DNA from: Candidatus Cloacimonadales bacterium
GTDB taxonomy: Bacteria; Cloacimonadota; Cloacimonadia; Cloacimonadales; JAFGVF01
Assembly (NCBI GenBank): GCA_963662585.1
Contig: OY759729.1
Span: forward strand, 1,536,001 to 1,600,000
Direction of reading: 5' to 3'
DNA length: 64,000 nucleotides
In this document: positions 10,213 to 19,626 of the stretch, in pieces
How the letters are laid out: the number at the start of each line of letters is the position of its first letter
Position numbering within the stretch: position 1 is the stretch's first letter
Translations under genes and position numbers: made by a program
Notes under the pieces: model-generated
Databases searched by the model: none
Told to the model about the DNA's origin: nothing
What the model saw: only the letters and a program-made list of their open reading frames with translations

Positions 10213-11066
10213 TGAAGAATATTTTAGAGATTAATAATTTAGTTAAAAGATATATAGGCTTCAAGTTGGGAGAGATTTCTCTTAGTTTAGAACCTGGTAC
10301 AATATTAGGAATTGTAGGACCTAATGGAGCAGGAAAAACAACGCTATTAAAAAGCATTATGGGGATGGCAATTAAAGAATCAGGAGAGATTAAAGTCTTT
10401 GGTAAAAACTTAGACACTGATGGAGTAGAGATTAGGAACAGAATAGGATTCGTTAATAATGATAAAGCTGTTACTGGCTTTATCACACCTAAGAGTTTCG
10501 GGAAAATGTATGGTAGGTTTTTTAGCAAATGGAATGAGCAGAGATACCTTGACTATTTAAATAGATTTGAACTTCCTCATTCAAAATATATTAATAAATT
10601 ATCACAAGGTATGCAGATGAAGCTTTCTTTAGCTTTTGCTCTATCTCATGAAGCTGACTTGTTAATATTAGATGAACCAACTGCCGGACTTGACCCTATC
10701 TTCAAAGAAGAGATATTAGATATAATATTAGCTGAAATAGAAGATACTAATAAAAGTGTTATAATTTCTACACATATTACTTCAGATTTAGATAAATGTG
10801 CTGATTACCTCTTAGTAATGAATCAAGGAAAGAAATTATTAATGGGGACTAAAGATGAAATTATAGAATCTCATTACCTAGTAAAAGCAGATAAATCATT
10901 ACTTAATCAGGATAACAAAAAGCTCTTTATTAATATCAAAGAGAATAAGTTTGGTTTTGAGGGATTAACCAAGGAAATTAATTCAGTTAAAGAAATTCTT
11001 TCCAAAGATTGTGTAATAGAGAAAGCTAAGGTAGAAGATATTATGTATTATTACTGCAAGAAGTAG
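10212..11066 (+). CDS. ABC transporter ATP-binding protein (YtrB-like)
   Basis: GPNGAGKTT, LSQGM, LILDEPT, STH. Confidence 0.93.
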   Translation: MKNILEINNLVKRYIGFKLGEISLSLEPGTILGIVGPNGAGKTTLLKSIMGMAIKESGEIKVFGKNLDTDGVEIRNRIGFVNNDKAVTGFITPKSFGKMYGRFFSKWNEQRYLDYLNRFELPHSKYINKLSQGMQMKLSLAFALSHEADLLILDEPTAGLDPIFKEEILDIILAEIEDTNKSVIISTHITSDLDKCADYLLVMNQGKKLLMGTKDEIIESHYLVKADKSLLNQDNKKLFINIKENKFGFEGLTKEINSVKEILSKDCVIEKAKVEDIMYYYCKK

Positions 11067-11072
11067 GTCAAG

Positions 11073-11660
11073 ATGTTAAATATAATGCTAAAATATTTAC
11101 GAAACAGTAGGATTTTACTCTTCACATACTTAGTTATTCCAGCAACATTCATTCTTATTGGAAATTTAAATCTCTGGTTTCTTTCTATAGTAACTTTTAA
11201 CTTTTCTTTTATGATACTTTTTGATGATTTAAATTATACTATTGGGTTACCAGTTAAGAGGTCTGATATCATTAATGGCAACTATCTAGCCTATTTTATT
11301 TTGGCGACTATCAATATATCTTATCTATTCCTTCTTATCTATTTAGTTACAAGTTTCTTACCTTATGAAACAGATGAATCATTTTCTTTAATAGGCTTTC
11401 TTTACTGTCTAAATAGTTTAGCCTTGTATTCCCTAATTATTCCCTTTTCAATTAAAGAAAAGATTAGTATCAATTACCGATGGGTTAAAATTTATCCAGC
11501 TGTCGGCTTTTTGATGATGCTTCCTTTACTGGCATATATTGATATACTACTAGAGATTAGCCTTATTTATCATCTAATATTCACTATTTTATTCATTTCA
11601 ACAATCTTCATTTATGGCTATAAGGATTCCTTGAAGACTGTTGAATTACTTGATTTTTAA
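11073..11660 (+). CDS. ABC-2 type permease
   Basis: About 6 TM segments; LPVKRSDII motif; operon position. Confidence 0.75.
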   Translation: MLNIMLKYLRNSRILLFTYLVIPATFILIGNLNLWFLSIVTFNFSFMILFDDLNYTIGLPVKRSDIINGNYLAYFILATINISYLFLLIYLVTSFLPYETDESFSLIGFLYCLNSLALYSLIIPFSIKEKISINYRWVKIYPAVGFLMMLPLLAYIDILLEISLIYHLIFTILFISTIFIYGYKDSLKTVELLDF

Positions 11661-11670
11661 GGAGGTAAGG

Positions 11671-12273
11671 ATGTTATTAAATTTATACAAATACTATATA
11701 GAATCAACTAAGAGATTAATTTTAGTGTTTCTAGTTTATTCTATTGTTCAAGTAGTTTTGATTTTAGATGGTTCTTATACTTCTACTGCAATTATAAATT
11801 CGTTAATTATTACAGGTTTATATACAGTATTCAACAAGAATAATCGTCATTTGCTATCTTCCCTACCCATATGTAGAGAAAAGATGTTTTTTGCCGATTA
11901 TCTAGCTCTCTTAAGCATTTTAATGCTTAGTAATATTATAATTGTTACTATGTATTATGGACTTGGAGCAATGCTAAATAATCCTAACTTTAATACACCG
12001 CTGAACATTATTCTAGGCATATCCTTTCTAGCTATAGCGAATTCCCTAGTACTTAAATGTTCTTATGATTATTTCGCTAGACTAGGAACTAAAGGCAAGA
12101 TTATTACAACTTCAATCGTAGCTATTGTCTTTGTCCTAGTAACATTCTTCATTATAGCAATAAGTGATTTTTTCCAATCTACTGCTGATATTTTCTTTTA
12201 TGCTTTAGGAATAGTTATCTTATTAATAATATTTCTTGTAACTAAAAGCTACTACTTGCGTTTAGATTTATAG
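11671..12273 (+). CDS. ABC-2 type permease
   Basis: About 6 TM segments; SLPICREK motif; ATG at 11671 follows AAGGAGG, so preferred over the track start at 11641. Confidence 0.72.
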   Translation: MLLNLYKYYIESTKRLILVFLVYSIVQVVLILDGSYTSTAIINSLIITGLYTVFNKNNRHLLSSLPICREKMFFADYLALLSILMLSNIIIVTMYYGLGAMLNNPNFNTPLNIILGISFLAIANSLVLKCSYDYFARLGTKGKIITTSIVAIVFVLVTFFIIAISDFFQSTADIFFYALGIVILLIIFLVTKSYYLRLDL

Positions 12274-12306
12274 AACACAGTAATGTATCCTCTCACTACC
12301 TAAATT

Positions 12307-12341
12307 GACCGATCTGTCGCATTAGATCGGTCTTTTTTTTT
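12307..12341 (+). terminator. Intrinsic terminator of the ytr operon
   Basis: GACCGATCT-N8-AGATCGGTC followed by T9. Confidence 0.9.
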
Positions 12342-12438
12342 ATTATTTAAAATCAGTATTAAGGTGGCCTATTTAGTCGCAAATTTATAGGATGGTGAAT
12401 ATTAATTATCCCCTCTATTAGTGAATTTCGTGATAAAA

Positions 12439-14550
12439 ATCGAGTAGGGTGGTGCGTTAGCACCATCCCTCTCACAGAACCGTGCGTACGGGACTCGTAC
12501 ACGGCTCCTGATAAACCTTGTAATTATTCATAATAATTAAATAAAACACTTGTAGGTTTCGATAGTAAGTCATATAGCCCTAATTGCTCAAACCATTCAT
12601 TAGGTAAAGCTCTATGAATATGATAACAACCAGAATTCTTCCAATGTGTCATAGATATTTTCGGAAAATCACTTTTATGCCCAACTCTTCTAAGTTGTTG
12701 GTGAAAAGCTTTCCAACTTTTCCATTCCCGCATTTTCTTCATTCTTAGTCGCCGCCTTATCCATGATAATAGAGACTGAAAGACTCCTTTGCAATTTGCC
12801 ACCCTAAAGTAATTCGACCAACCTCTCAATATCGGATTAAGTCTTTTAATCATTGTCTGGACATTAATTCCGCTATTCCGTGGAGTCAGTGACCGAATCT
12901 TATCTTTGAACGCTTTTACTCTTTTATCCTCTATCTTTACATATGCTTCATGTATTTCGAAGCCAAGATACTTGACTCCTTTAAATACACTCGCAATATG
13001 TGTCTTTTCTTCATTTACGATGAGATAAATTGAGTTTAGATATTCTACCGCAATTCGTTGATATTGTTCTGCTTTTTTCTTAGTCTTAGCAAAAAGTAAA
13101 ATGTCATCAGCATAGCGTACTATCTCGATTCCTCGACTTTTCATTTCTTGGTCAAAACTATCAAGATATATGTTCATAAGAAGTGGAGAGATTACCCCTC
13201 CTTGTGGACTTCCTACTTCAGTTTCGCTATACTTCCCTTCTTGCATAACACCAGACTTTAAGATTTTCTCTATCAACTTTAATAATGTTCCGTCACTTAT
13301 TTTCCTATTTAATGATTGCATTATGAATTTATGATTTAATGTATCAAAACATTTTGATAAATCCATATCCACTACAAAAGGAAGCTCTTCCTGAACCATT
13401 AATATATGTGCTTTAGCCACTGCCTTTTGACAACTTTTGTTGGGACGGTAGCCATAGCTTTGTGGATGAAAATCAGGTTCAAAAATTGGTTGGATGATGT
13501 TATTTATTGCCTGCTGTACGATTCTATCTTTTACAGTAGGTATTCCTAATGGCCTCATCTTACCATTTCCTTTAGGTATCTCTACCCGTTTCACAGGTGA
13601 TGGGATATACTTCCCACTTTTCAATTCTAAATGAATCTGCTCTAAGTTCTCTTGTAGAGTCTCACCAAACTTAGATATAGTAATATTATCTATACCTTCT
13701 GCACCTCTATTTTTCTTTACCTTTAGGAAAGATTCATAGAGATTACCTTTTGAGTAAACTTTATCAATTAAACTGTACCACTTCTTCATTTAGTTTCTCC
13801 TTTTTCACAATAAACAATGTTTAAATTATACTTTCAAATGACAGTTAATTCAATGAAGACCTTCGAAGTTTTTAGCATAAAGCAATCTATCAAAGATTTT
13901 ATAGGTTTTGACTATTATCCTTTTTTTTAACTTCATCTACTCAGTCTCGTAAGGTCATGATAGAAAGAAGGTACTCACCACCGTCTATCCGAGCCTTGAA
14001 TCTTTCGATTCTCTTCGTTTCCTACTTTTAAGAAAATATCTCTTTAATTATGTTTATTCTTTGGTTTATCTTCATCCCTTCACATGAGATATTTCCTTTT
14101 GAAAAATATCCCCCAATATTACTAAGAATATTATCCCCTCTGTTTTATCCTCCAGTCTGTCACCAGCTTTCATAGGCAAAGGGTTAGTCACTACTACGGA
14201 ATCATCTGCCACCTGCTTATGCTTAATACAACTCTTGCCTTTCAGCTTGTAGTCATAGTTACTCTATTAGAGACATTAACAGGCTTCCCCAGTTAAGCTA
14301 TCCTGCCTGAATGTAAATCCATCTGTTGTAATCCATGTAATCGACTGACTTTTGGGCGTTCTCACTTTTCGAAGAGTTACCCACTACATGAACCAAAATC
14401 AGTTTACTTTCGCTATGTTCCACATTCTTCCTGCGTCTTACTTCAGACCCTGCCGTTGCCAGCAACGCCCTTGACCTCAGATTGACTTCCTGTCAGTTGG
14501 GTGTCAGGACTTCTTTCAGTCCATCGGCTCAGATAACATTCTGGGCAAAC
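12439..14550 (-). mobile_element. Group II intron, class C (IIC)-like, full length (about 2.1 kb)
   Basis: 5' end GTTTGCCCAG directly after a terminator hairpin; 3' end has a short DV (GAGCCGTGTACGAGTCCCGTACGCACGGTTC), DVI GGGATGGTGCTAACGCACCACCCTACTC and terminal AT; encodes an RT without endonuclease domain. Confidence 0.9.
12524..13789 (-). CDS. ltrA: Group II intron reverse transcriptase/maturase
   Basis: RPLGIPTVKDRIVQ, SYGYRP, DMDLSKCFD, GSPQGGVISPLLMNIYL, RYADD, maturase LNPILRGWSNYF; 421 aa, no En domain. Confidence 0.96.
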   Translation of the reverse strand: MKKWYSLIDKVYSKGNLYESFLKVKKNRGAEGIDNITISKFGETLQENLEQIHLELKSGKYIPSPVKRVEIPKGNGKMRPLGIPTVKDRIVQQAINNIIQPIFEPDFHPQSYGYRPNKSCQKAVAKAHILMVQEELPFVVDMDLSKCFDTLNHKFIMQSLNRKISDGTLLKLIEKILKSGVMQEGKYSETEVGSPQGGVISPLLMNIYLDSFDQEMKSRGIEIVRYADDILLFAKTKKKAEQYQRIAVEYLNSIYLIVNEEKTHIASVFKGVKYLGFEIHEAYVKIEDKRVKAFKDKIRSLTPRNSGINVQTMIKRLNPILRGWSNYFRVANCKGVFQSLLSWIRRRLRMKKMREWKSWKAFHQQLRRVGHKSDFPKISMTHWKNSGCYHIHRALPNEWFEQLGLYDLLSKPTSVLFNYYE

Positions 14551-14573
14551 GAAAAAGCCCTGAACTCAGGGCT
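14551..14573 (-). terminator. Intrinsic terminator of the candidate selenoprotein gene; intron insertion target
   Basis: Minus strand AGCCCTGAGTTCAGGGCT-TTTTC, then the intron; the T-run resumes after the intron 3' end. Confidence 0.85.
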
Positions 14574-14603
14574 ATAAATATTTGTGCTTATTTGTGGCCT
14601 TTT

Positions 14604-16838
14604 TTATTTCAGTAAAATCATCTTTCGTGAGCTACTAAAAGAACCACTTCTCATCTTATAGAGATATATTCCTGAAGCAACGGGATTTCCCTGTTCATTA
14701 GTAGCGTTCCAAACTATACTATGATTACCGCGAGAGTAATTATCTCTGACAAGTGACTTTACTTTTCTACCTTTGATATCATAAACATCTATTATAACTT
14801 CACTGTTCTTTTCAACAAAGAAGCTTATAGTTGTTTCAGGATTAAAAGGATTAGGATAATTTTGTTGCAAGGAAGCTTGAAGCACCGGAGCAGAATCATT
14901 ATCATTAGAAACAGTAGTAACATTAACAGTTAAAGGAATATCTACTAATTCATTAGTTGGGTCGTTAGTATGAACCCTTACTGTTGCTGTATATACTCCA
15001 CTTGGTAGCAGTTCTTGAGGGAAACTGAAGTTAATTGTTTCAGGATCATTTTCATTGATACTACCTTGCCATCTATCTAAAGCAACCCAAGGGGCATTAT
15101 AAGAGATTTTTATAGCATGATAACTACTTAAATAGTTACTATTATAGATAACTTGAAGTCCATCTGTTGCATCACTATTCTCAATACCTATAGTTGCACT
15201 ATATAAGTTCCCATCCATTTCATTATAGTAGAAATAGATATCTCCATTATCATGTAGATGAGCTTGGAAGTTTAAGTTACCTGTTCCATTAAAGAATGGG
15301 AAGTTAGTATATTGAACGATAAAAACTCTATTTTCTTCATCATAGTAGTAGTGGAAATCTGCATTTGCACCATTAAGATCATCCCAGAAAATAGCAATTA
15401 AGTCATTTGGTTGAAAAGGAGATGGGATTGGGTCATTGCTGTAATCAACACCATCTTCACCAAAAGTAATATAGCCATTAGATGCAACTCTTGCCATATC
15501 TTTTAACTGTCCATAGAAAGGAAAACTAAATGGTAAATCTAAATCGACATAATCATCTGTACTCTGGAAATTAACATAAGTACCCATATCGCTTATATCG
15601 TTCCAAACAAAGTCAAGTCCATCTTCATCACTATCTAGCCAACTATATCCATATAGATCCGGACCACCAAGGTTACGAGTAACTTCTGGTACTTCAATCC
15701 AATAATCTAATAGCTGCTGTCCTAGATTGTTAACTTCCAGAGATATTTGGCCATCTCCATTATAAGAATCTACTTCCAAAACACCAGAGTATTCAAAAAT
15801 AGGGAAAGAGAAATTATTAATTGAAATAGGTATAGTCACTTCAGAATATTCAGGATCATTAGTATTGAAAGAAATATTTCCTTGATAAGTACCTGAGTTT
15901 TCATTAGTAAACTCCAGCTCTAATTCTAGCATATTACCAAGATTGAGTGTTGCAGAATTTATGTTAGAAATATTGAATACAGGATTTGTTGATGAGATAT
16001 TAGTAATCTCTAAAGGGTTATTTCCAAGATTTTGAATCAAGATGCTTTGAGTAATACTTTCCCCAGGGGCTATTGTACCTAAATCAAGAGAAGATTGGTC
16101 ATAATATAACTCAGGACCAGGAGTATTAGTCAAATAAGAAATATAAAGTTGCATTAAATTTCTCTTAGTATTAAGATTTTCACTATCAATTACTGCTGCT
16201 ACCAAGAAACTGGAAGCAATCGAACGATAATTTGCAGTTTGATTAAACACTGTTCTGATATGATTGTCATTAGATTGGAAGAGTACTTCTCCACTTGTTG
16301 GATTAAACCAGTTGTTATAAATATCAGCATAAGTATTCACTTGATGTTGTAAGACTTTACCTTCAGAGAAGGTATCTACTTGTCCGCTCAAGCTACTAAT
16401 ACCAGTATGAATAAGTCCCTGTCCAGCAAACTCGATACCAAAATAGCTAAGGAAGTTTGTTCCTGCATGGTCTTGGCCGATGTTTACACCTTCAAAATAG
16501 ACTGCACCACCGTTATCCATATATTCAATAAGAGCTTCTTGTTGAGAGGTGTTCACGACACCTGGAGGTGTGAGTCCTCAGGATTCACAAAAAGTGCCTA
16601 CTGAAACGATAACAACATCATATTCGGATAGACTAGTTGTCAATTCTGGAGCCACAATATTTTGGACTCCTAAATCATTAAGAATATTCCCCATTGCTGC
16701 TGCTGCAGAAGAAGGATATCCTGTTTCTGCATTAACAATCTGAGCAGTTTGGACTTCGTTTTCCCAAATAAACACATTTATTGCTGATAAGGATATTAAA
16801 GATATCATTACCATTGTTATTAGTATTATTTTCTTCAT
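14604..16838 (-). CDS. Probable secreted selenoprotein (744 aa, CxxU at residues 84-87) with Ig/choice-of-anchor D, NIDO-like and FlgD-Ig/T9SS-like CTD
   Basis: ORFs 16578-16877 and 14604-16556 are in frame, separated by TGA (16578-16580) and 7 sense codons: ...VSVGTFCES-U-GLTPPGVVNTSQQEAL...; ATG 16838 has AAGGAG RBS and a signal peptide; ends NYPNPFNPET...RKMILLK. Confidence 0.75.
16547..16563 (-). promoter_or_regulatory. Candidate bacterial SECIS hairpin
   Basis: AGGUGU-CGUGA-ACACCU; loop begins 21 nt 3' of the UGA and has GU at loop positions 2-3. Confidence 0.55.
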
Positions 16839-16932
16839 AGATTCTCCTTTATTAAGGACAATATATTGTACTTGCATAAAAATGCAAGAATATTATTTTT
16901 CATTTTGTTGATTTGTAGAAGTCTTCCCAGTT

Positions 16933-16975
16933 GAGATGCCTTCAAGATTAAGGCGCTCCCAGTGGGTTCTACAGT
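16933..16975 (-). repeat. REP-like palindromic element, copy 1
   Basis: CACTGGGAGCGCCTTAATCTTGAAGGCATCT; related copy at 53385-53428. Confidence 0.65.
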
Positions 16976-16979
16976 TTTT

Positions 16980-19232
16980 TTATTTCATTAAGATCATTTT
17001 CTTAGTTGAAGTATATTTTCCAGATTTCATTCTATAGAAGAATACACCAGAAGCAAGGCTATTACCACTGTCATCTTTACCATTCCAAACTACAATATGA
17101 TTACCTGCTTGTCTATTTTCATTAAGAAGAGTTCTTACTTTCTGCCCTTTAATATTAAATACATCAATAGAGACTGGTCCATTCTTTTTAGTAGTGAAAG
17201 AGATAGTAGTCTCAGGGTTGAAGGGGTTAGGATAGTTTCCTTTAAGTTGAGAAGCACAAACAATATCATTAATATTATTATCCCAACTAGGTGCTTGATA
17301 AATGAGGACATCATCAACCGTGAACATAAAGGCATCTGAAGATACACATTGGATAGCTAATCTAACTGTTTGGTTTTCAAAATCACTTAAATCATAAGAG
17401 AATTCTGTCCAATCAGTAGGAGCTTCGACGAAGGACCCATCTGAGATTAAATAGAAATCATTAGGATTTGTATAGCCACTAGAAATTAAGACTCTAAATC
17501 TTTCCAAACCATAAATATTTGTGATTGATTTAGCCCAGAAATTAAAAGCACCTGAAAAGCCGAGAGTTACCTCTTGAGTAATGATCCAATCATTGTTATC
17601 AGTCGTAGTTGAAGCAAAACAGGCCATGTATTTTGAGCCATTGTGCGGTTGATAATCTGCTGATAAAGGAGGAGTTGTCATTGCTGGATTGAATACGATA
17701 TATGATTGTGGAGCTTCGGCATTTTCCCATGAAGTGTCTGTAATGGAATAAGTACTTGATAAATCGCTATCTACTAAAATCCATGCACCTGCTTCTAAAG
17801 CAAAGTCCGGATATGTTTCAAAGCCATCATTAAACAAGACAAATGATTCTGCAAGAAAGAAATCAATAGTTGTAACTTGATTACAAACAAGGGTTACTTC
17901 TTGAGTTAAGCTAATATAACCGTATGCTGTAGCAGTGATATTATAATCACCTACAAGAAGATCTGTGAATAAGTAATAACCAGCAGAATTTGTGGTAGCA
18001 ATAGTTCCAGCTAAATTAACAGAAGCACCTGTAATAGGAGCTCCAGTTTCATCCATTACAAGTCCCTCAACAGTTCCATACATATCTTTTAACAATTCGT
18101 TAGATAATGTAACTGGCGATACAAGGTCATTTGTATAGATAGCCTTCACAGCGTATTTATATGCTCCGGAAGGTAAACTAGTCCAAGCTGTATCAGTAAA
18201 ACTTAAATCTGTAATTATTTCATCGGTTAGACTTGTCCAGTTAGCTTCATTATCTTGGTCAGAAGTTAATAATCTCCAGACTCTATAACCTTCACAGGCT
18301 CTAGTACTAGTAGGGCTAACGCTTGTTTCTGAAGCACCAAGTCTAAATTTAGTATCTTTAGTAGCATGAGAGTTAGCTCTTCGAAAATCGTTTCTAGCTG
18401 TAGCTGAAGCAACTTGTCTGTTAGGAGAGAATGAAACAAAAGCTTGCAAGCCCCAATTAATACTTAAACTTGTTAATTCTGAAAGGGTATCCCAATTTTC
18501 TTGACCTTCAAATTTTATCATATCTCCCCCAGGAACAACAGGTCCAGCATCACAGCCAAAATGAAAACCTGAAGGGTTATTAACAATATAGCCAAAGAAG
18601 ATTGGTCCACTCGCCGGAATAGCAACTGAAGAATCTAAGATAACCTCCCTCCATTCATCACTAACACCACTAGTTACTTCTTGTGTATATAATTCAGTGC
18701 TACCAGCAAAGCCTCCCCAGACTCCAACTGTATAAGAGGTCATTGCTCCACTTGGAAAGAATTTAATTGCATTAATATACATTCCTTGATAACTAACTAA
18801 TTCAGCTTCAGTATACTTTTGAGATACAGCAATTATGCTTCCTTCACCGGTCCCAAAATATTCTTCATTCCCGACAGTTGCTTTTGTAACCCACTCCCCT
18901 GTATTTTCTCCGTTGGGAGCAGCCCAAGTAATTAGGGCCTCATCCCCTTCCACAGTAGCAATCACGCTAGTAACAGGGAATGGTATTTCTTTAACTATCA
19001 CTTGATCTACAGCGTAATCAGTTTCAGAGACTATAGTGGTGAATGGGGTTGTTGAGCAAATTTCCTTGATATTAATAGTTATGATATCCCGCTCAGCTTT
19101 AGAAGTAAACTCATTAATTTGTTGGTTGGTTACCTGCTTATTTTGGATAACTTCCCCTGTAGGTATTTCAAAAGCTACAATACTCGTTACCAGCAAAAGA
19201 CATTGCACTATTGTTATTAAAACTCTCTTCAT
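16980..19232 (-). CDS. Secreted protein with FN3-like, carboxypeptidase-regulatory-like and cleaved-adhesin/choice-of-anchor J domains plus FlgD-Ig/T9SS-like CTD
   Basis: Signal peptide; NNDWIIT..., FWAKS, YGLERF; ends NYPNPFNPET...KKMILMK; paralog of the C-terminal part of 19627-24732. Confidence 0.85.
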   Translation of the reverse strand: MKRVLITIVQCLLLVTSIVAFEIPTGEVIQNKQVTNQQINEFTSKAERDIITINIKEICSTTPFTTIVSETDYAVDQVIVKEIPFPVTSVIATVEGDEALITWAAPNGENTGEWVTKATVGNEEYFGTGEGSIIAVSQKYTEAELVSYQGMYINAIKFFPSGAMTSYTVGVWGGFAGSTELYTQEVTSGVSDEWREVILDSSVAIPASGPIFFGYIVNNPSGFHFGCDAGPVVPGGDMIKFEGQENWDTLSELTSLSINWGLQAFVSFSPNRQVASATARNDFRRANSHATKDTKFRLGASETSVSPTSTRACEGYRVWRLLTSDQDNEANWTSLTDEIITDLSFTDTAWTSLPSGAYKYAVKAIYTNDLVSPVTLSNELLKDMYGTVEGLVMDETGAPITGASVNLAGTIATTNSAGYYLFTDLLVGDYNITATAYGYISLTQEVTLVCNQVTTIDFFLAESFVLFNDGFETYPDFALEAGAWILVDSDLSSTYSITDTSWENAEAPQSYIVFNPAMTTPPLSADYQPHNGSKYMACFASTTTDNNDWIITQEVTLGFSGAFNFWAKSITNIYGLERFRVLISSGYTNPNDFYLISDGSFVEAPTDWTEFSYDLSDFENQTVRLAIQCVSSDAFMFTVDDVLIYQAPSWDNNINDIVCASQLKGNYPNPFNPETTISFTTKKNGPVSIDVFNIKGQKVRTLLNENRQAGNHIVVWNGKDDSGNSLASGVFFYRMKSGKYTSTKKMILMK

Positions 19233-19234
19233 AA

Positions 19235-19276
19235 CTTTCCTCTTTACTCTTTCCTCTTTACTCTTTACTCTTTACT
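19235..19276 (-). repeat. Six tandem 7-mers (plus strand CTTT[A/C]CT) forming the 5' UTR/RBS
   Basis: Read directly. Confidence 0.85.
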
Positions 19277-19283
19277 CTTAATA

Positions 19284-19311
19284 ATTGTAGCAAACAAGAT
19301 TTTAATGTCAA
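19284..19311 (-). promoter_or_regulatory. Sigma70 promoter of the 750-aa gene
   Basis: TTGACA-N16-TACAAT with TG extended -10. Confidence 0.7.
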
Positions 19312-19574
19312 GTAGATTTTAATTAATTATTAAAATCACCATATATTATCCAAAAACTCAGAGATATCGTCGTAGTCAACAATTTGTCTTTTAGGGATTT
19401 CTCAGTATGATTATTTTAGATAGATTTTGCAGCCAGTTTAATATACAGCTTTAATCTAAATAGGTAATTTAGATTTATTCTTTTTAAGAAAATGCTATTC
19501 ACAAAAACCTTTTTCATTATTTGGCTTTGATGAGGAATTTATTGAACTTTGTCTAATTGTATCTTTTCTAAGAC

Positions 19575-19602
19575 AAAAGGAAGCCCCGCTTTCACGGGGC
19601 TT
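19575..19602 (-). terminator. Intrinsic terminator of the 1701-aa gene
   Basis: AAGCCCCG-N6-CGGGGCTT then CCTTTT. Confidence 0.8.
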
Positions 19603-19626
19603 ATATATTTTATCAGTTACCTGATA

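Noticed and set aside
12524..13789. RT as part of a DGR, retron or CRISPR-associated system
   Set aside because: It has a maturase domain and flanking DV/DVI intron RNA; no TR/VR pair with A-specific mismatches, msr-msd or cas genes were seen
16578..16580. Genome-wide TGA reassignment (code 4 or 25) or a frameshift
   Set aside because: The other long genes are intact under code 11, Trp is TGG, TGA ends the helicase gene, and the two ORFs are in the same frame
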